Shown here piece after piece: positions 46,105 through 56,730 of a stretch of DNA of 64,000 nt. The notes beneath the pieces were generated by a model that was given only the letters and a program-made list of their open reading frames with translations, searched no databases and was not told the DNA's origin. Within the stretch, counting starts at the first letter, position 1; the number at the start of each line of letters is the position of its first letter. This stretch comes from a virus (lineage: Duplodnaviria > Caudoviricetes). The position numbers and the translations under genes were made by a program. The stretch spans positions 32,001 through 96,000 of the IMG/VR virus record IMGVR_UViG_3300021387_001585, one strand, 5' to 3'.

Positions 46105-48021
46105 ATGAGCAGGATAGGCAGTAACCCTAACACCAGCAGCGACCAGTTCGAGGCGAAGATGTTGCCCGACATCGAGGATGTCAGGCCGGAAGACGGCGGC
46201 ACCGTAGACCTGATTGGTGACGGTCAGCACAAGATATACATGCACCGTGGGCAGCTCGACGTGTATAACTTCGGTTCGAAGCACACGAAGCTGCGCTGCG
46301 CACGCGGTTTCGGCAAGACCATCTACCTTGCCATCTACAACATGAAGTGCGTGCTCGGCATGCGCCGCATGATAGGGCTATTCCTTGGAGCCAGTGCCAA
46401 GCAGCTCTACACCCGCACCATGCCCAACATGCTGAAGGGCTTTAACATGATGGGCTTCCAGGAGGGCGTGTTCTACTTCCTCGGTCAGGCCCCCGCCCGT
46501 CTGCGGTGGGAATACCCGTTGGCGAAGCCGAGGGTGTGGGAGTCGTGCGTCCACATGCAGAACGGTGCTGTGCTGCAAGCCGCGTCGATGGCCGTGAAAG
46601 GTTCTTGTAATGGCATCAACGCCGCATGGCTCTGTGGTGACGAGACAAAATACCTGCCTTGGAGCAGGGTGAAGGAGGAAGCCTATCCTACGCTGCGTGG
46701 TGACTTCATGCCGCCTTCTGCCCGTAAGGTGGAGCAGAAGCGGTGGGGCTACGGCACCGACCCGAAAATCAACAACTACTATTGCTCCACCTGTTTTGTC
46801 AGCGACGCCGGACTGAACACCCAGCAATGCCAGTGGGAGAAGGAAGAGCAATACGAGACGCACGAGGTGAACGAGCAGATTGCCGAGATGCTGGCCGAAC
46901 TGAAATACTTGGAAAAGACCAACCCGCGACTCGCCGTACAACTGGCGCAGAACGAGAATTTCCTGCGCAGGCTGCATTTGCTGCGCTCGCAGAGTGAAAC
47001 TTTCTGGAACTTCTCTTCGCTGGAGAATGCTGCTATCCTTGGTGGCGAAGCGTGGATTCGCCAGATGAAGCGCGAGTTGCCCGACCTGATGTTCCGCATT
47101 CAGATCCTTGGGCAGAAGCGCGGTGCCGCCAAAGACGGATTCTACTGCAACTTCTCAGAACTGAACACCTATGTCAGTGCAGAGATTACCGATTTGGTCT
47201 ACGACAAATACACCACCCGTCTGAAAGGCCGTGCGCTCGATGTTCAGAAATGGCCCACCGACTTTGAGACGGAAACGCTGGAATGGGACCAGTTGCAGCA
47301 CGACGGAGAAGATTGCAGCCTGGACCTCGACCTCGACTACAGCGAGCCCCTTCGCATCGCCATCGACGCGAATGCCAACATCAACTGCATGGTGGTGGGC
47401 CAAACGCGCATGTATCAGGGCAAGCCGTCGTTGTTCATCATGAAAGAGTTCTTTGTGCAGAACGAAATTCGTCTGCGCGGACTGTCAAAGCTGTTTGCAA
47501 AGTACTACCGTCCCTTCCTGCGGCGTGGATGCAAAGAGGTTATCTTCTACGTGGCCAGCAGCATCAAGCAGGGTGGGGCAACCGCCTACGCCGTGGAGAA
47601 CTCCGAAGACTCGCGTTTCGACAAGGTGGTGGAGCGTGAGCTGACACAGTATGGGTTTCATGTGACCATCGGCGAATTTACCTCCTGGCGGCATGAACGC
47701 AAGTATCAGCTCGTGAATGACTGCTTTTCGTCGCAGGCATCACCTAATATCTTCGTCAACCGCGAGGCTGGCCGTTGCGACTACCTGCTGACCGCCATCG
47801 AGAACACCGCCATTGTGCCCGGAACATTCCGAAAGGATAAGAGTACTGAGAAGCTGAAGAGCACCGACCCCGACAGCCTGGGGGGCGACGCCCGTACCCG
47901 TACCGACATCACCGACGCTATGGACGACCTGATCATCGGCACCAAGGAATGTGCCGAGACTCGGCAGAACATCGGCGGCGGTCTGCGAGGACGGTTCAAG
48001 AGCTTGGTCATGCCAAGATAA
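46105..48021 (+). CDS. terminase large subunit
   Basis: Walker A CARGFGKT, Walker B LCGDE, nuclease motif IAIDAN, C-terminal TDITDAMDDL. Confidence 0.85.
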   Translation: MSRIGSNPNTSSDQFEAKMLPDIEDVRPEDGGTVDLIGDGQHKIYMHRGQLDVYNFGSKHTKLRCARGFGKTIYLAIYNMKCVLGMRRMIGLFLGASAKQLYTRTMPNMLKGFNMMGFQEGVFYFLGQAPARLRWEYPLAKPRVWESCVHMQNGAVLQAASMAVKGSCNGINAAWLCGDETKYLPWSRVKEEAYPTLRGDFMPPSARKVEQKRWGYGTDPKINNYYCSTCFVSDAGLNTQQCQWEKEEQYETHEVNEQIAEMLAELKYLEKTNPRLAVQLAQNENFLRRLHLLRSQSETFWNFSSLENAAILGGEAWIRQMKRELPDLMFRIQILGQKRGAAKDGFYCNFSELNTYVSAEITDLVYDKYTTRLKGRALDVQKWPTDFETETLEWDQLQHDGEDCSLDLDLDYSEPLRIAIDANANINCMVVGQTRMYQGKPSLFIMKEFFVQNEIRLRGLSKLFAKYYRPFLRRGCKEVIFYVASSIKQGGATAYAVENSEDSRFDKVVERELTQYGFHVTIGEFTSWRHERKYQLVNDCFSSQASPNIFVNREAGRCDYLLTAIENTAIVPGTFRKDKSTEKLKSTDPDSLGGDARTRTDITDAMDDLIIGTKECAETRQNIGGGLRGRFKSLVMPR

Positions 48022-48039
48022 CTATTTAACGAAAGCTAT

Positions 48040-48369
48040 ATGGAAATATTCGACTTACCACAGAAAGAGTATCTGCAGAAGGATGACATTGAAATCCTTG
48101 ACAAGCAGAAGCAGGAGTTTAAGTTCATCGGTCGTGAGCGCAAGGTGCCAGGCCACACGATGTTCTCTTTGAACTACAAGACCGGCGAAATCAAGGTTGC
48201 CGACATTGAGCATGTGAAAGACATCCACTTTACAACACGGCAGCGAGTCACGAACGGCCGCATCGTCATTGAGCCGAACTGCATCTACCGGCAAGCCCTG
48301 AACAAGAAGAACTTCATCAAGCGACTGGTGCGCGAAGGGATCCTGGTGAAGAGAACGAAAAAGCAATAG
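48040..48369 (+). CDS. hypothetical protein
   Basis: ORF track. Confidence 0.7.
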   Translation: MEIFDLPQKEYLQKDDIEILDKQKQEFKFIGRERKVPGHTMFSLNYKTGEIKVADIEHVKDIHFTTRQRVTNGRIVIEPNCIYRQALNKKNFIKRLVREGILVKRTKKQ

Positions 48370-48373
48370 GACG

Positions 48374-48817
48374 ATGACAGACAAAGAACGCAAAGCAAGG
48401 ATTGCCAGAGGAGCCAGCAACTACATGGCTGGCAGGGCAATGTTGCTGTCATTGAAGCCGCTCAGGTTAAGCGATGTAAAGGACGCCTATCTGTGCGGTG
48501 CCGAAAACATGGAGCAACTGATTGACCAGTCGATGTGGTGGAAGATTGCCGACAGTGACGACCTGCCTGAGATAGACCGGGAGGTGATTGCGCTGACCGC
48601 CGACAGAAAGGTTGTGTTTGCACACCGGCCCAAAGAGTCATGGACGGGAAAGAACATTCTCACAGGGCAAGTGGAAACATTCTATCCCAAGCGGTACGGC
48701 AAAGGCGGGTGGAATATGCCCGACGTGCTTTTCTGGCTTGACATCAATATTCCCGACGTCGACGAGTATCTGAGAATGACTGACAAAGGAGGTGAGATAT
48801 GCGACAGGGAAGCGTGA
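48374..48817 (+). CDS. hypothetical protein
   Basis: ORF track. Confidence 0.65.
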   Translation: MTDKERKARIARGASNYMAGRAMLLSLKPLRLSDVKDAYLCGAENMEQLIDQSMWWKIADSDDLPEIDREVIALTADRKVVFAHRPKESWTGKNILTGQVETFYPKRYGKGGWNMPDVLFWLDINIPDVDEYLRMTDKGGEICDREA

Positions 48818-49040
48818 AGAAAGAGGAAGTTTGTACTCCGCGAAAAGAGGAAGAATGTATATTGAAGCAGTTCTGCAGCGACAAACGAATGGGTGTTGGT
48901 TGAGCCTTAATGCTTTTCATTGCGACACGGTCGCAACAGACAGGACAACGAAAGCGAGGGCAGGCGATTATTCCCTGCCCTTGATTTTAAAGGTGTGGGT
49001 GCCTATCTTTCAATCGTAAAACCAACACAAGAATAGACTT

Positions 49041-50822
49041 ATGGGAAAGAGTAATAGCATATCCGTGCATCGCCCAAAGACACTGGAGGAGTTCAAGAAG
49101 CTCAACCGCGAACTGAACAGTCGTGGGTTTATCGCCATCGACGCGCTGAAGCCCGGGCTGGTGCGCACGCTGACGTTAGGCGACCGCGACCCTTCCAACG
49201 GACAGGCAGAAGACATGGCGGCGTGTATCGGCGGCGGGGCGTGGTCGAACGGACCGCTGAGCAAGGTGGCATGGGCGTTCGACGCTCGCGACAACTCAGT
49301 GGTGAGTGTCGCGGACAAAGACGGCAACCCGCTTGGTCTGGGCTACGTGAAATGGGGCGCAGGCAACGCCATCCCGTCCGTCATCCCGCCGCTGGCCCTG
49401 TCGTCGCCTTATACGGCTGCGCCGTTGCGCTACATTGCCGACCTCACCACCGGCCTCGGTCCGCGCCTGATGTACCGCATGGGCAGTGATGATGACAATC
49501 TGGTGGAGTTTAAGGATGCCGGAGACATCCTGCTTGCCAGGATTGAAGAACTGGAGGCAAAGGAGCAGACGGGGAGCGACGATGTTGTTGCGATACTATC
49601 GCAACAGACGGGACAGGTCACGGGCGGTGCCAACGTGAGCAAGGCTTTACGCCGGGCTCGTGAGCAGTATGCCGAATGGGAGCGCACATGGCTGGGGTAT
49701 GACGTGGAAGAGGAAGACGGCACCAAGACCCATATTCCCGGCGCGAAGGAGTTTCTGGCCGACAACAACCTGGACCTGCATTTCATGCAGTGCGAGCAGG
49801 ACGATGTGATGCTCGACATCTACTTCCCGACGGTCGGCTTCCAGCGCGGCCGCAGAGGCAAATGGGACCCGAAGATCGTGCAGGTCAGCATGCTTCCCAG
49901 TCATAGTACCAGACTCGAAGTGATGAATGAATACCGGCACATCAATCATGTCTATTTCTCTGACCAATGGCGCACGCTCGGTTCTACCAACGTCAAGACC
50001 GTCGGCGTCGACAAAGACAAGGTTGTGATGTACCCGGCTGCCATGCCCCAGCATCTGCTCAGCGACCTGCGCTATATCGTGGAGAGCAACCAGCGCACAC
50101 GCATCAAAGACCGTCCTGTTTGGGTGGTATGCCCTACATTCTATCCCAGTGGCCAGAAGCCCTACTATCCGCAGCCGGCGTGGTGGAGCATCTTCACGAG
50201 CAAGGCTTTCGACTTCTCGTCGACCATCCTCTACGACAAGGCGAAGGCACGTGAGAACTCTACATCATGGGGAAAAATCATCTACATCTCGCTGGACTAC
50301 CTCGACATGATTTTTGCCGACCAAGGCATTGCCGGTGACAAGGAGAAGCAAGAGACGTTCATCGGGGAGTTGGACCAGAACGTAGAGCAGTTCCTGCAGA
50401 TGCGCGAGAACAACGGAAAGATGATGCGACAGTTCATGTGGATAGGGCAAGACGGCAAGGAGCATCACAACGTAGAGGTGGTAGATGTGGCTAAGACCTC
50501 CAACGACGTGGCGAAGGCTGGCAAGGAAGAACTGGAGCTTTCCACGTCGCCCATCTTCCTCGCCCTGCAGGTAGACCCGCGTCTGGTGGGTGTGCCGATG
50601 GTGGCCGCCTCGAACGGAGGTACGGCCTTGCGCGAGATGCACCTTCTGAAGCAGCAGCAGCTGAACCCGAAGCAACGCCTGTACCTGCAGTTCCTGAACA
50701 CCGTGGCCCGGTTCAACGGATGGGATGAGCGTGCCGAGTTCCACATCAAGCAGCAGACGCTCACCACCCTCGACAACAACAAGACGGGAACGGTGGAGAC
50801 GATTGCGGGAGAGGGGGCGTGA
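49041..50822 (+). CDS. portal protein
   Basis: 593 aa downstream of TerL. YVKWG..N..P, KPYYPQPAW, ENNGK, VDPRLVG and GGTALRE resemble Bacteroidetes phage portals. Confidence 0.75.
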   Translation: MGKSNSISVHRPKTLEEFKKLNRELNSRGFIAIDALKPGLVRTLTLGDRDPSNGQAEDMAACIGGGAWSNGPLSKVAWAFDARDNSVVSVADKDGNPLGLGYVKWGAGNAIPSVIPPLALSSPYTAAPLRYIADLTTGLGPRLMYRMGSDDDNLVEFKDAGDILLARIEELEAKEQTGSDDVVAILSQQTGQVTGGANVSKALRRAREQYAEWERTWLGYDVEEEDGTKTHIPGAKEFLADNNLDLHFMQCEQDDVMLDIYFPTVGFQRGRRGKWDPKIVQVSMLPSHSTRLEVMNEYRHINHVYFSDQWRTLGSTNVKTVGVDKDKVVMYPAAMPQHLLSDLRYIVESNQRTRIKDRPVWVVCPTFYPSGQKPYYPQPAWWSIFTSKAFDFSSTILYDKAKARENSTSWGKIIYISLDYLDMIFADQGIAGDKEKQETFIGELDQNVEQFLQMRENNGKMMRQFMWIGQDGKEHHNVEVVDVAKTSNDVAKAGKEELELSTSPIFLALQVDPRLVGVPMVAASNGGTALREMHLLKQQQLNPKQRLYLQFLNTVARFNGWDERAEFHIKQQTLTTLDNNKTGTVETIAGEGA

Positions 50823-50912
50823 AGCCCCTCCCCAACCCTCCCCAAAGAGGGAGGGTGTAAGGAAAAACGAAAATCGGCGGTAAGGGTTGTTATCCTTGCC
50901 GCCGATTTGCGT

Positions 50913-51131
50913 TTAATGATCCTGTTTATTAACAGTTCTCGTCCATACCTCAGTGGCACATTCCTTACATTCAAATGTGAAGATATTTCCATCGAGGTCG
51001 CTGCAGCCAGAATTAAATTCGTGAAGGCGCATCATTTCCCCACATACAGGACATTTGATGTCCGGACGAAGAGGATGCTCCCCTCTCATCGTCACTTGGT
51101 CTGGCAATACAATAGATGTCTTAATTTCCAT
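50913..51131 (-). CDS. small zinc-ribbon protein
   Basis: CPVC...CKEC. Confidence 0.65.
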   Translation of the reverse strand: MEIKTSIVLPDQVTMRGEHPLRPDIKCPVCGEMMRLHEFNSGCSDLDGNIFTFECKECATEVWTRTVNKQDH

Positions 51132-51136
51132 AATTT

Positions 51137-51520
51137 CTATTCTTCACGTTTCATCATTTCTGGATTGTCGTGGATGTTGCCGACTACCTCTGCCCATTCC
51201 TGCGTAGGAGCGTTGCAGGGAAATTCGTTGTCGAGGTCGCCATTCCACAAGAAGGCAAATACGCCACGCACGAAGCGCACTTCGAGCAAGTCCTTTTCCT
51301 CGCCCGCTTTCAGGATGTCGCCAGCGTAGATTTCCTTTCCGTTCTTGTCTTTAAGAGTAGAGAACTGGCCGACGGTATCAGGGGTTACTTCATATTTTCT
51401 GTAGAGTCCATCGGCATCAATGGGAAATACATAGCAGCCACCACGGTTATCGTGCACCAAGTCTCCGTATTCCCATTTTTTGTTATCAAGGCGCTTGCCT
51501 CTGAATTTGATAGTTACCAT
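51137..51520 (-). CDS. YopX-family protein
   Basis: IKFRGK...W.YG, VGQFSTLKDKNGKEIYAGDI, EVVGNIHDNPE. Confidence 0.9.
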   Translation of the reverse strand: MVTIKFRGKRLDNKKWEYGDLVHDNRGGCYVFPIDADGLYRKYEVTPDTVGQFSTLKDKNGKEIYAGDILKAGEEKDLLEVRFVRGVFAFLWNGDLDNEFPCNAPTQEWAEVVGNIHDNPEMMKREE

Positions 51521-51524
51521 AGTC

Positions 51525-51842
51525 TTATTCCTTTCCTTTTAGCGCCTCCTGAAAGGCGGCTTGTATTGCCTTGCATTTGGCATCGTTTGACAATTCTTTC
51601 AGTTTCTCGGATTCTATGTCGGGCAGTGAAGCCACGACGATGGAGTTGAGCGCCCAAAGTGCTACACGCTCATAGTCCAGGAGTTCTTGGTATCGCGTCT
51701 TTGTGATGGTGACGCAATCGCCGGGAGTGGGGTAGTTGTCTTGTGCCATAGGTCTATGATAATTTATTTTCATAAAACCGTCCTGTATTGATGTCAATGC
51801 CCGGTGCAAACCATCCGCAATAAAGACATGAGGTTGAGCCAT
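51525..51842 (-). CDS. hypothetical protein
   Basis: ORF track. Confidence 0.6.
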   Translation of the reverse strand: MAQPHVFIADGLHRALTSIQDGFMKINYHRPMAQDNYPTPGDCVTITKTRYQELLDYERVALWALNSIVVASLPDIESEKLKELSNDAKCKAIQAAFQEALKGKE

Positions 51843-51958
51843 TTTCTAAGTATTGCCCGCAATTAGGGCAGCGACGTTCTGATCTACTCATAAATTTAGT
51901 TCATAATTATTCAAAGATTTGGGGCACTTATTGCCCGGTCTTCTCTTACAACACTTCC

Positions 51959-52483
51959 TTAACCATTAGGGAATGTCTTTGGATATTTGCGAAAAACCTT
52001 TTTGGCCAGTTTCGGAAGGCGACGCACAAAGAGGCGCATCATCCTAATCTGGGCTGGGGTCGTGTTGAGCACAAACGTATATTTGGCATCACCTGCTTGC
52101 ATCTTGTCTGGAAACATCCACATAGCGGCGTAGGCAATCAAATTCTCATCACCATCGGCGTATGATATACACATGAACATCAGCGCATAATGGTTTCGCA
52201 GCAGTTTGTTCATGCGGCGTTTCTTTTCCTTGCGAGGCAGTCGTCCGTCACCGCGGATAAGTTTGCGGAGTGCAGACGGCATTTCTCCATCCGTTTCTAT
52301 GCGTGCTGTTCCAGTGATGGTGAAGCCCTTGTTGGAGTAGGGGCTTTCCTGTGCGTCCTCGTCCGATTCTGGAACGTGCAGTTCGGTGGCCGCACCAAGT
52401 TCAATCGGCTTCATCTCTATGTCATCTTTTCTGATGACGTACAGTTTGCCCAAACCGGCGGGTTGTTGTTGATTTTCTTCCAT
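51959..52483 (-). CDS. hypothetical protein
   Basis: ORF track. Confidence 0.7.
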   Translation of the reverse strand: MEENQQQPAGLGKLYVIRKDDIEMKPIELGAATELHVPESDEDAQESPYSNKGFTITGTARIETDGEMPSALRKLIRGDGRLPRKEKKRRMNKLLRNHYALMFMCISYADGDENLIAYAAMWMFPDKMQAGDAKYTFVLNTTPAQIRMMRLFVRRLPKLAKKVFRKYPKTFPNG

Positions 52484-52498
52484 AGGTCAAAATAATAA

Positions 52499-52972
52499 TT
52501 ATAGTTGATGCAATTCTGAAAAACTCTTCCAGCCGGCTTCGGTGAACTCACGGGTATAGACTTCGCCACGGGGCTTCAGCGGTTGCCAAGCGGGGTCGCA
52601 GAACAGTCGGTAGTGGAACACGCCACACTGGCGTCCGACCTCCGAATATGGTCCCTCGCACCACAGCCACCGACGATCGTCGCCAAAGAGCTGCTTCAGA
52701 ATGTACTCCAGGTGCGAGCGCTTCATGCCGCCGGGGAAGGAGATGGACAGGTGGTAGCACCGCTCATAGTCGGGGTTCTTCCACCATCCCGAGGTGTGGT
52801 AGCCTACGTCGCGGGTGAAGATGACGATGCACTCAAACCGTTCGAGCCACCATCGGCATTGTTGCAGATAGGGGTCGGCGGGGTTAAGTCCGTCGAACGT
52901 GCCGTGCTGTGCCGTGCGCCAGATGCGCGGGAATGTCTCGCCGTTAGTGGCGTTCATAGGGATTATCTTCAT
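52499..52972 (-). CDS. hypothetical protein
   Basis: 157-aa W/Y/C-rich ORF. Confidence 0.7.
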   Translation of the reverse strand: MKIIPMNATNGETFPRIWRTAQHGTFDGLNPADPYLQQCRWWLERFECIVIFTRDVGYHTSGWWKNPDYERCYHLSISFPGGMKRSHLEYILKQLFGDDRRWLWCEGPYSEVGRQCGVFHYRLFCDPAWQPLKPRGEVYTREFTEAGWKSFSELHQL

Positions 52973-52975
52973 TGG

Positions 52976-53404
52976 TCATTCCTCCTTTCCGTTTTGAATC
53001 ACTGCAGGGTCTGGATCCTGCAACGTGATGGACCGGATGGTTTCGAGACTGTGCGACGGATGACTGTGGAACAGCTCAATGGCTTTCTCCAACCCCTCTG
53101 CAGCTACGAGGCGACGGTTGATGAGAAAGACACTGCCGAGGAAATAGCTCTCTGGCTTCGCTTCTTCCTCGGGCATAGGTGCTCGTTCTTCCAGTTCCAA
53201 TGACTGTTCGTCGCAAACCACGCAGATGTCGTCGTCTCCTGTGCTGAGAACATAGCAACAGTCATCGCCACCCCAAAAGTAATACTTGACGGTCAGATGC
53301 TCCTGATACTCTTTCCCATCAGGCGTTATAAGGTGGTCGCCGTCTTTCAATCGCACCATGTCGTACATTCCAAATTTAAATGTTCTTGCCATAGTTGGTT
53401 TCAT
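52976..53404 (-). CDS. hypothetical protein
   Basis: ORF track. Confidence 0.65.
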   Translation of the reverse strand: MKPTMARTFKFGMYDMVRLKDGDHLITPDGKEYQEHLTVKYYFWGGDDCCYVLSTGDDDICVVCDEQSLELEERAPMPEEEAKPESYFLGSVFLINRRLVAAEGLEKAIELFHSHPSHSLETIRSITLQDPDPAVIQNGKEE

Positions 53405-53462
53405 TTTAGTCGGCTTGCGCCGAGAAATTGTTTAAAAATTTGTTTCAAAATTATTCATGTAG

Positions 53463-56189
53463 TTAACCAATCGTCCGTTCCTCTGCGATGTCTGCCATTC
53501 TGATTTCCAGTCCTGCTTCGGCGCATTTCTGTTCGTAGCATTGATTGCGTTTGGTTTCCGGGGTATAGAATATGACGTAGCGCGTGGCAGGGTCTTTGCC
53601 ACGATCTTTGATAGTTGCATATCCGTATCTGTCGGCATGGCCACGCAGGCTGCGCTGACGGGTGTTGTAATATTTGGGGCTGTGGATAGGAGGTGGCAGT
53701 TGTTCAAGCATCTCTTTCAGCCTGACGACTGCCGTGTGGTCGCCCTTTGCCTTCAGCAGAGTGCGGAGGATATTGCACAGTCTGTGGCTGTCAATCCTTA
53801 CGTTAGGCCGTCGGTTATGCGCCTTGACGAATGCCATCATCTGTTCGGCGTATTGTTCGGTTTCTTCATCAGACCACACGACAGCTGCAGGGTATTCCTT
53901 CTTAATCTCGCTGGCGAAGTCCTTGTCAGTTCGTTTAATGTTGCTCCACGCGCGGAACACCTCAGCACTGCTGGTCTTCCTGCTGGGGAGACGTCCCGTC
54001 TGCCTGCAGTGTTCAATAACGATACGCCGTTCTTCGTCCCGGTCCATACGGCGCTTCTTGTATTTGTCATTTACAGCAAGGAGCCTCGGATTGTCTATTA
54101 GCGCCTTGCGGCTTTTTATTCGTTTATACAAATTGGCTTCATATTTATTTTTCGAGAACCTTGACGGGATTTTGTGGTTTGCCTCGCAGAACTGGATGTA
54201 TTCTTCCAGTAGTTCGTCAGCATCTTGTACTACGGGCTTCACACTCGATGCCAGCAGAAGCAGGCTCTTTACGTCCTCGCGTTCGCAGTATGGCGGCTGT
54301 CGCAAGCTATTCATATAGGACTGCAACTTCACCTCCTCCTGATAGTAGGAGTTGGGCTGTCGGCCCTTCTCGGCAATGAAGTCGTTCAGCAAAGCCACTC
54401 GGCGTTTGATTTCCTTCTCGTCAAGAGACTTGCGGCTGTAGTCCCGCGAAACAGCTATGACGCGCTCGTCGTCATGGTAATTATGGCGCAGCCAATTCCA
54501 ACAGTTACTGGCCTGCCGCGTCTCGTCGGTCACGTTTTTTCGTAAATCTTTCTTCACTGGGAGTGTAGGGAGGCGGTTGTAGCGCTGACAGAAGGCGAGC
54601 ACAGTGGCATAGCGTTGCTCGAACGTGAGCTTGTCTTTGTCGCGGTAGTATTCGTAAAGTTGTCGAAATGCCTCGTCCTGAAGCAGTTCATCACGATTCT
54701 TGTTAAAGTAGCGGCGCAGACATCGTTCGGTTTTCTCCGGTATGTGGTGGTCTACCCTCGGCCAGTGGTCGTTCTCGCCTACAAAGGCACGGATACGTTC
54801 TTTGATGTCGTCGAGTGTCAAGTTTCTGAGGAACCGCTTCATCAGTGCCTGCACTCGCTGGTCATCGCGCAGGTATTTTATCAGCCACGCCCAATGGCGA
54901 TAGTAATCCTGCTCGCTGGCCTTTGGCAGTCGTGCATGTTTTTCCACGAATGCGTTGACGAACCGCAGCCTATCATCGGCGGTGTAGGCTTCCGGCACCA
55001 GTTTGTCTATTATCTGGCGCACCCCCAGCGTATAGTCCATCACCTCGAACCTGCGCGGCTCTCGCCCCTCGCGCTCGGCCTGCGGTATCTCTATGGCGTC
55101 GAACTCGTCCTGTAGGTCCTTGATGGCCGTGGTGGTGGTGATATTATCCACCATGTCGAGCACCAGCGGCTTCGCAGTGTTGGCGGTAGTCAGGCAGCGC
55201 CCCATCTGCTGCATGTAGATAATACGGCTGCTGGTGGTGCGCAGCATCAGCACGGCATTGACGTTGGGCACGTGGATGCCTTCGTTGAGCATGTTCACGC
55301 TGAACATAAGCCGCAGTCCCTCGTCCTTTTCACTCTCGAACTGTTGCATCTGACTGCGCTGCTCGCTGTCGGGCAGGAGAGAGTGCATCAGGCAGGTGCA
55401 TGCAATCGTGAATTCTGCCTCGCGGAACCACCCGACGACCTCCTTACGCATTTGCTCCAGGCTCTCGATGTTGCCGCAGAAAACGATGACTCGCCGTGCG
55501 TCCTTATCCAGATGCTTTCGCAGGATGGATGGCATGCCGTAGGAGAGTTCCCAGTGCAGGTGTGCATTGGTGAGCCGGAAGATGCGCTTGCGCTTCGCAT
55601 CTTCCGTCAGGCTGCGGCTCTTGCTGATGCGCTCTTCGGTGTCGCTGACGGCCTTATCCCACCGAAACAGTCCGCTGACATATCGCGGTATGGGCAGGAT
55701 GTTGCGGTTCCATGCCTCTGCGATAGTGATGTTGCTGGCGATATTCCCGTGGAACAGCTCATCGGTCATGTTGCGCTCGCCGTCGAGATAGCGGATGGGC
55801 GTGGCGGTGGTACCGAAGACCTTTGCCGTCTGGTTCACCTCCAACAGCCTGTCGACGGCGGCCCCCCATTCCAGGGCTCCTGCGCGGTGGAACTCGTCAA
55901 GGCATATCAGGTCGTAGTCCGTGTGCGGGCTGTCTGTCAGCATCAGCGTCTGATAGGTCATGTACTCCACACCTCGCCTGCGCCACCGCAGCACGTCATG
56001 CACCTGGTCGAGCACGAAGATGTTAGGGCCCAGTATCAGAACCTTTTTGAAGTTCTCCGACACGGCAGCAATGAGGTACGACTTTCCCGTACCCGTTGGA
56101 TGCACCACACAGGTACGGTCGCTGGTCTCCAGTGCCGCCATCACCTTCTGGTATGCCGTCTTGTTGTGAGAGTATAGTTTCGTTCGCAT
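53463..56189 (-). CDS. SF2 (ResIII-like) helicase with C-terminal helical repeats
   Basis: HPTGTGKS, LDEFHR, GTTATP, VNMLNEGIH, QQMGR; about seven repeats of F....gr.P. Confidence 0.85.
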   Translation of the reverse strand: MRTKLYSHNKTAYQKVMAALETSDRTCVVHPTGTGKSYLIAAVSENFKKVLILGPNIFVLDQVHDVLRWRRRGVEYMTYQTLMLTDSPHTDYDLICLDEFHRAGALEWGAAVDRLLEVNQTAKVFGTTATPIRYLDGERNMTDELFHGNIASNITIAEAWNRNILPIPRYVSGLFRWDKAVSDTEERISKSRSLTEDAKRKRIFRLTNAHLHWELSYGMPSILRKHLDKDARRVIVFCGNIESLEQMRKEVVGWFREAEFTIACTCLMHSLLPDSEQRSQMQQFESEKDEGLRLMFSVNMLNEGIHVPNVNAVLMLRTTSSRIIYMQQMGRCLTTANTAKPLVLDMVDNITTTTAIKDLQDEFDAIEIPQAEREGREPRRFEVMDYTLGVRQIIDKLVPEAYTADDRLRFVNAFVEKHARLPKASEQDYYRHWAWLIKYLRDDQRVQALMKRFLRNLTLDDIKERIRAFVGENDHWPRVDHHIPEKTERCLRRYFNKNRDELLQDEAFRQLYEYYRDKDKLTFEQRYATVLAFCQRYNRLPTLPVKKDLRKNVTDETRQASNCWNWLRHNYHDDERVIAVSRDYSRKSLDEKEIKRRVALLNDFIAEKGRQPNSYYQEEVKLQSYMNSLRQPPYCEREDVKSLLLLASSVKPVVQDADELLEEYIQFCEANHKIPSRFSKNKYEANLYKRIKSRKALIDNPRLLAVNDKYKKRRMDRDEERRIVIEHCRQTGRLPSRKTSSAEVFRAWSNIKRTDKDFASEIKKEYPAAVVWSDEETEQYAEQMMAFVKAHNRRPNVRIDSHRLCNILRTLLKAKGDHTAVVRLKEMLEQLPPPIHSPKYYNTRQRSLRGHADRYGYATIKDRGKDPATRYVIFYTPETKRNQCYEQKCAEAGLEIRMADIAEERTIG

Positions 56190-56521
56190 GATTTGTCAAA
56201 CTCAGTACCTAATTCATAGTCATTCTTTCCCAACTCTTCCCGAAGTTGTTTTTGTGCGTCAAGATGTTCCTTGACGATGTTATATGCAATCAGGCAGAGC
56301 TCCTGCCTTATGCGGTTTCTCGAACCTTTTTTCCTGGTGGAGAGGCGAACCATTCCCACTTTTGACTCCTCGTAGATTTTCTCCATCTGTCGGATGTAAT
56401 GGATAAGGATGCTGCGCTCGTGGAAAAGGCGCTGGTAGTCCTTCACAATGTAATGTATAATGAGCTCTGTCGGGACCTCCGGCGGTTCGATTTGGGCATT
56501 TCCGTTTTCGTCGTATTTCAT
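56141..56521 (-). CDS. hypothetical protein upstream of the helicase
   Basis: Start MKYDENG just downstream of the 48-bp repeat. Confidence 0.6.
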   Translation of the reverse strand: MKYDENGNAQIEPPEVPTELIIHYIVKDYQRLFHERSILIHYIRQMEKIYEESKVGMVRLSTRKKGSRNRIRQELCLIAYNIVKEHLDAQKQLREELGKNDYELGTEFDKSCERNYTLTTRRHTRR

Positions 56522-56730
56522 GTTGCTTAATCGGCTTGCGCCGAGAAATTGTTCAAAAATTTGTTTCAAAATTATTCAGGTTTCTTCAATCGGTCGAGCC
56601 GTACCCATGTCAGACGGTCGTGACGTTCATGGTAGCCCACCTTCTTCAGGTGGATGGCTGTCACCTGTATCATCTTCCCGTCGGCGAGCAGGTAGTCGCC
56701 TATCCTTATGTCTTGTGGTTTCAGCATCGG

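Larger units (their letters stand above)
53410..56578. repeat. 48-bp direct repeat pair (53410-53457 and 56531-56578) bracketing the helicase cassette
   Basis: TCGGCTTGCGCCGAGAAATTGTTYAAAAATTTGTTTCAAAATTATTCA, 47/48 identical. Confidence 0.9.
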
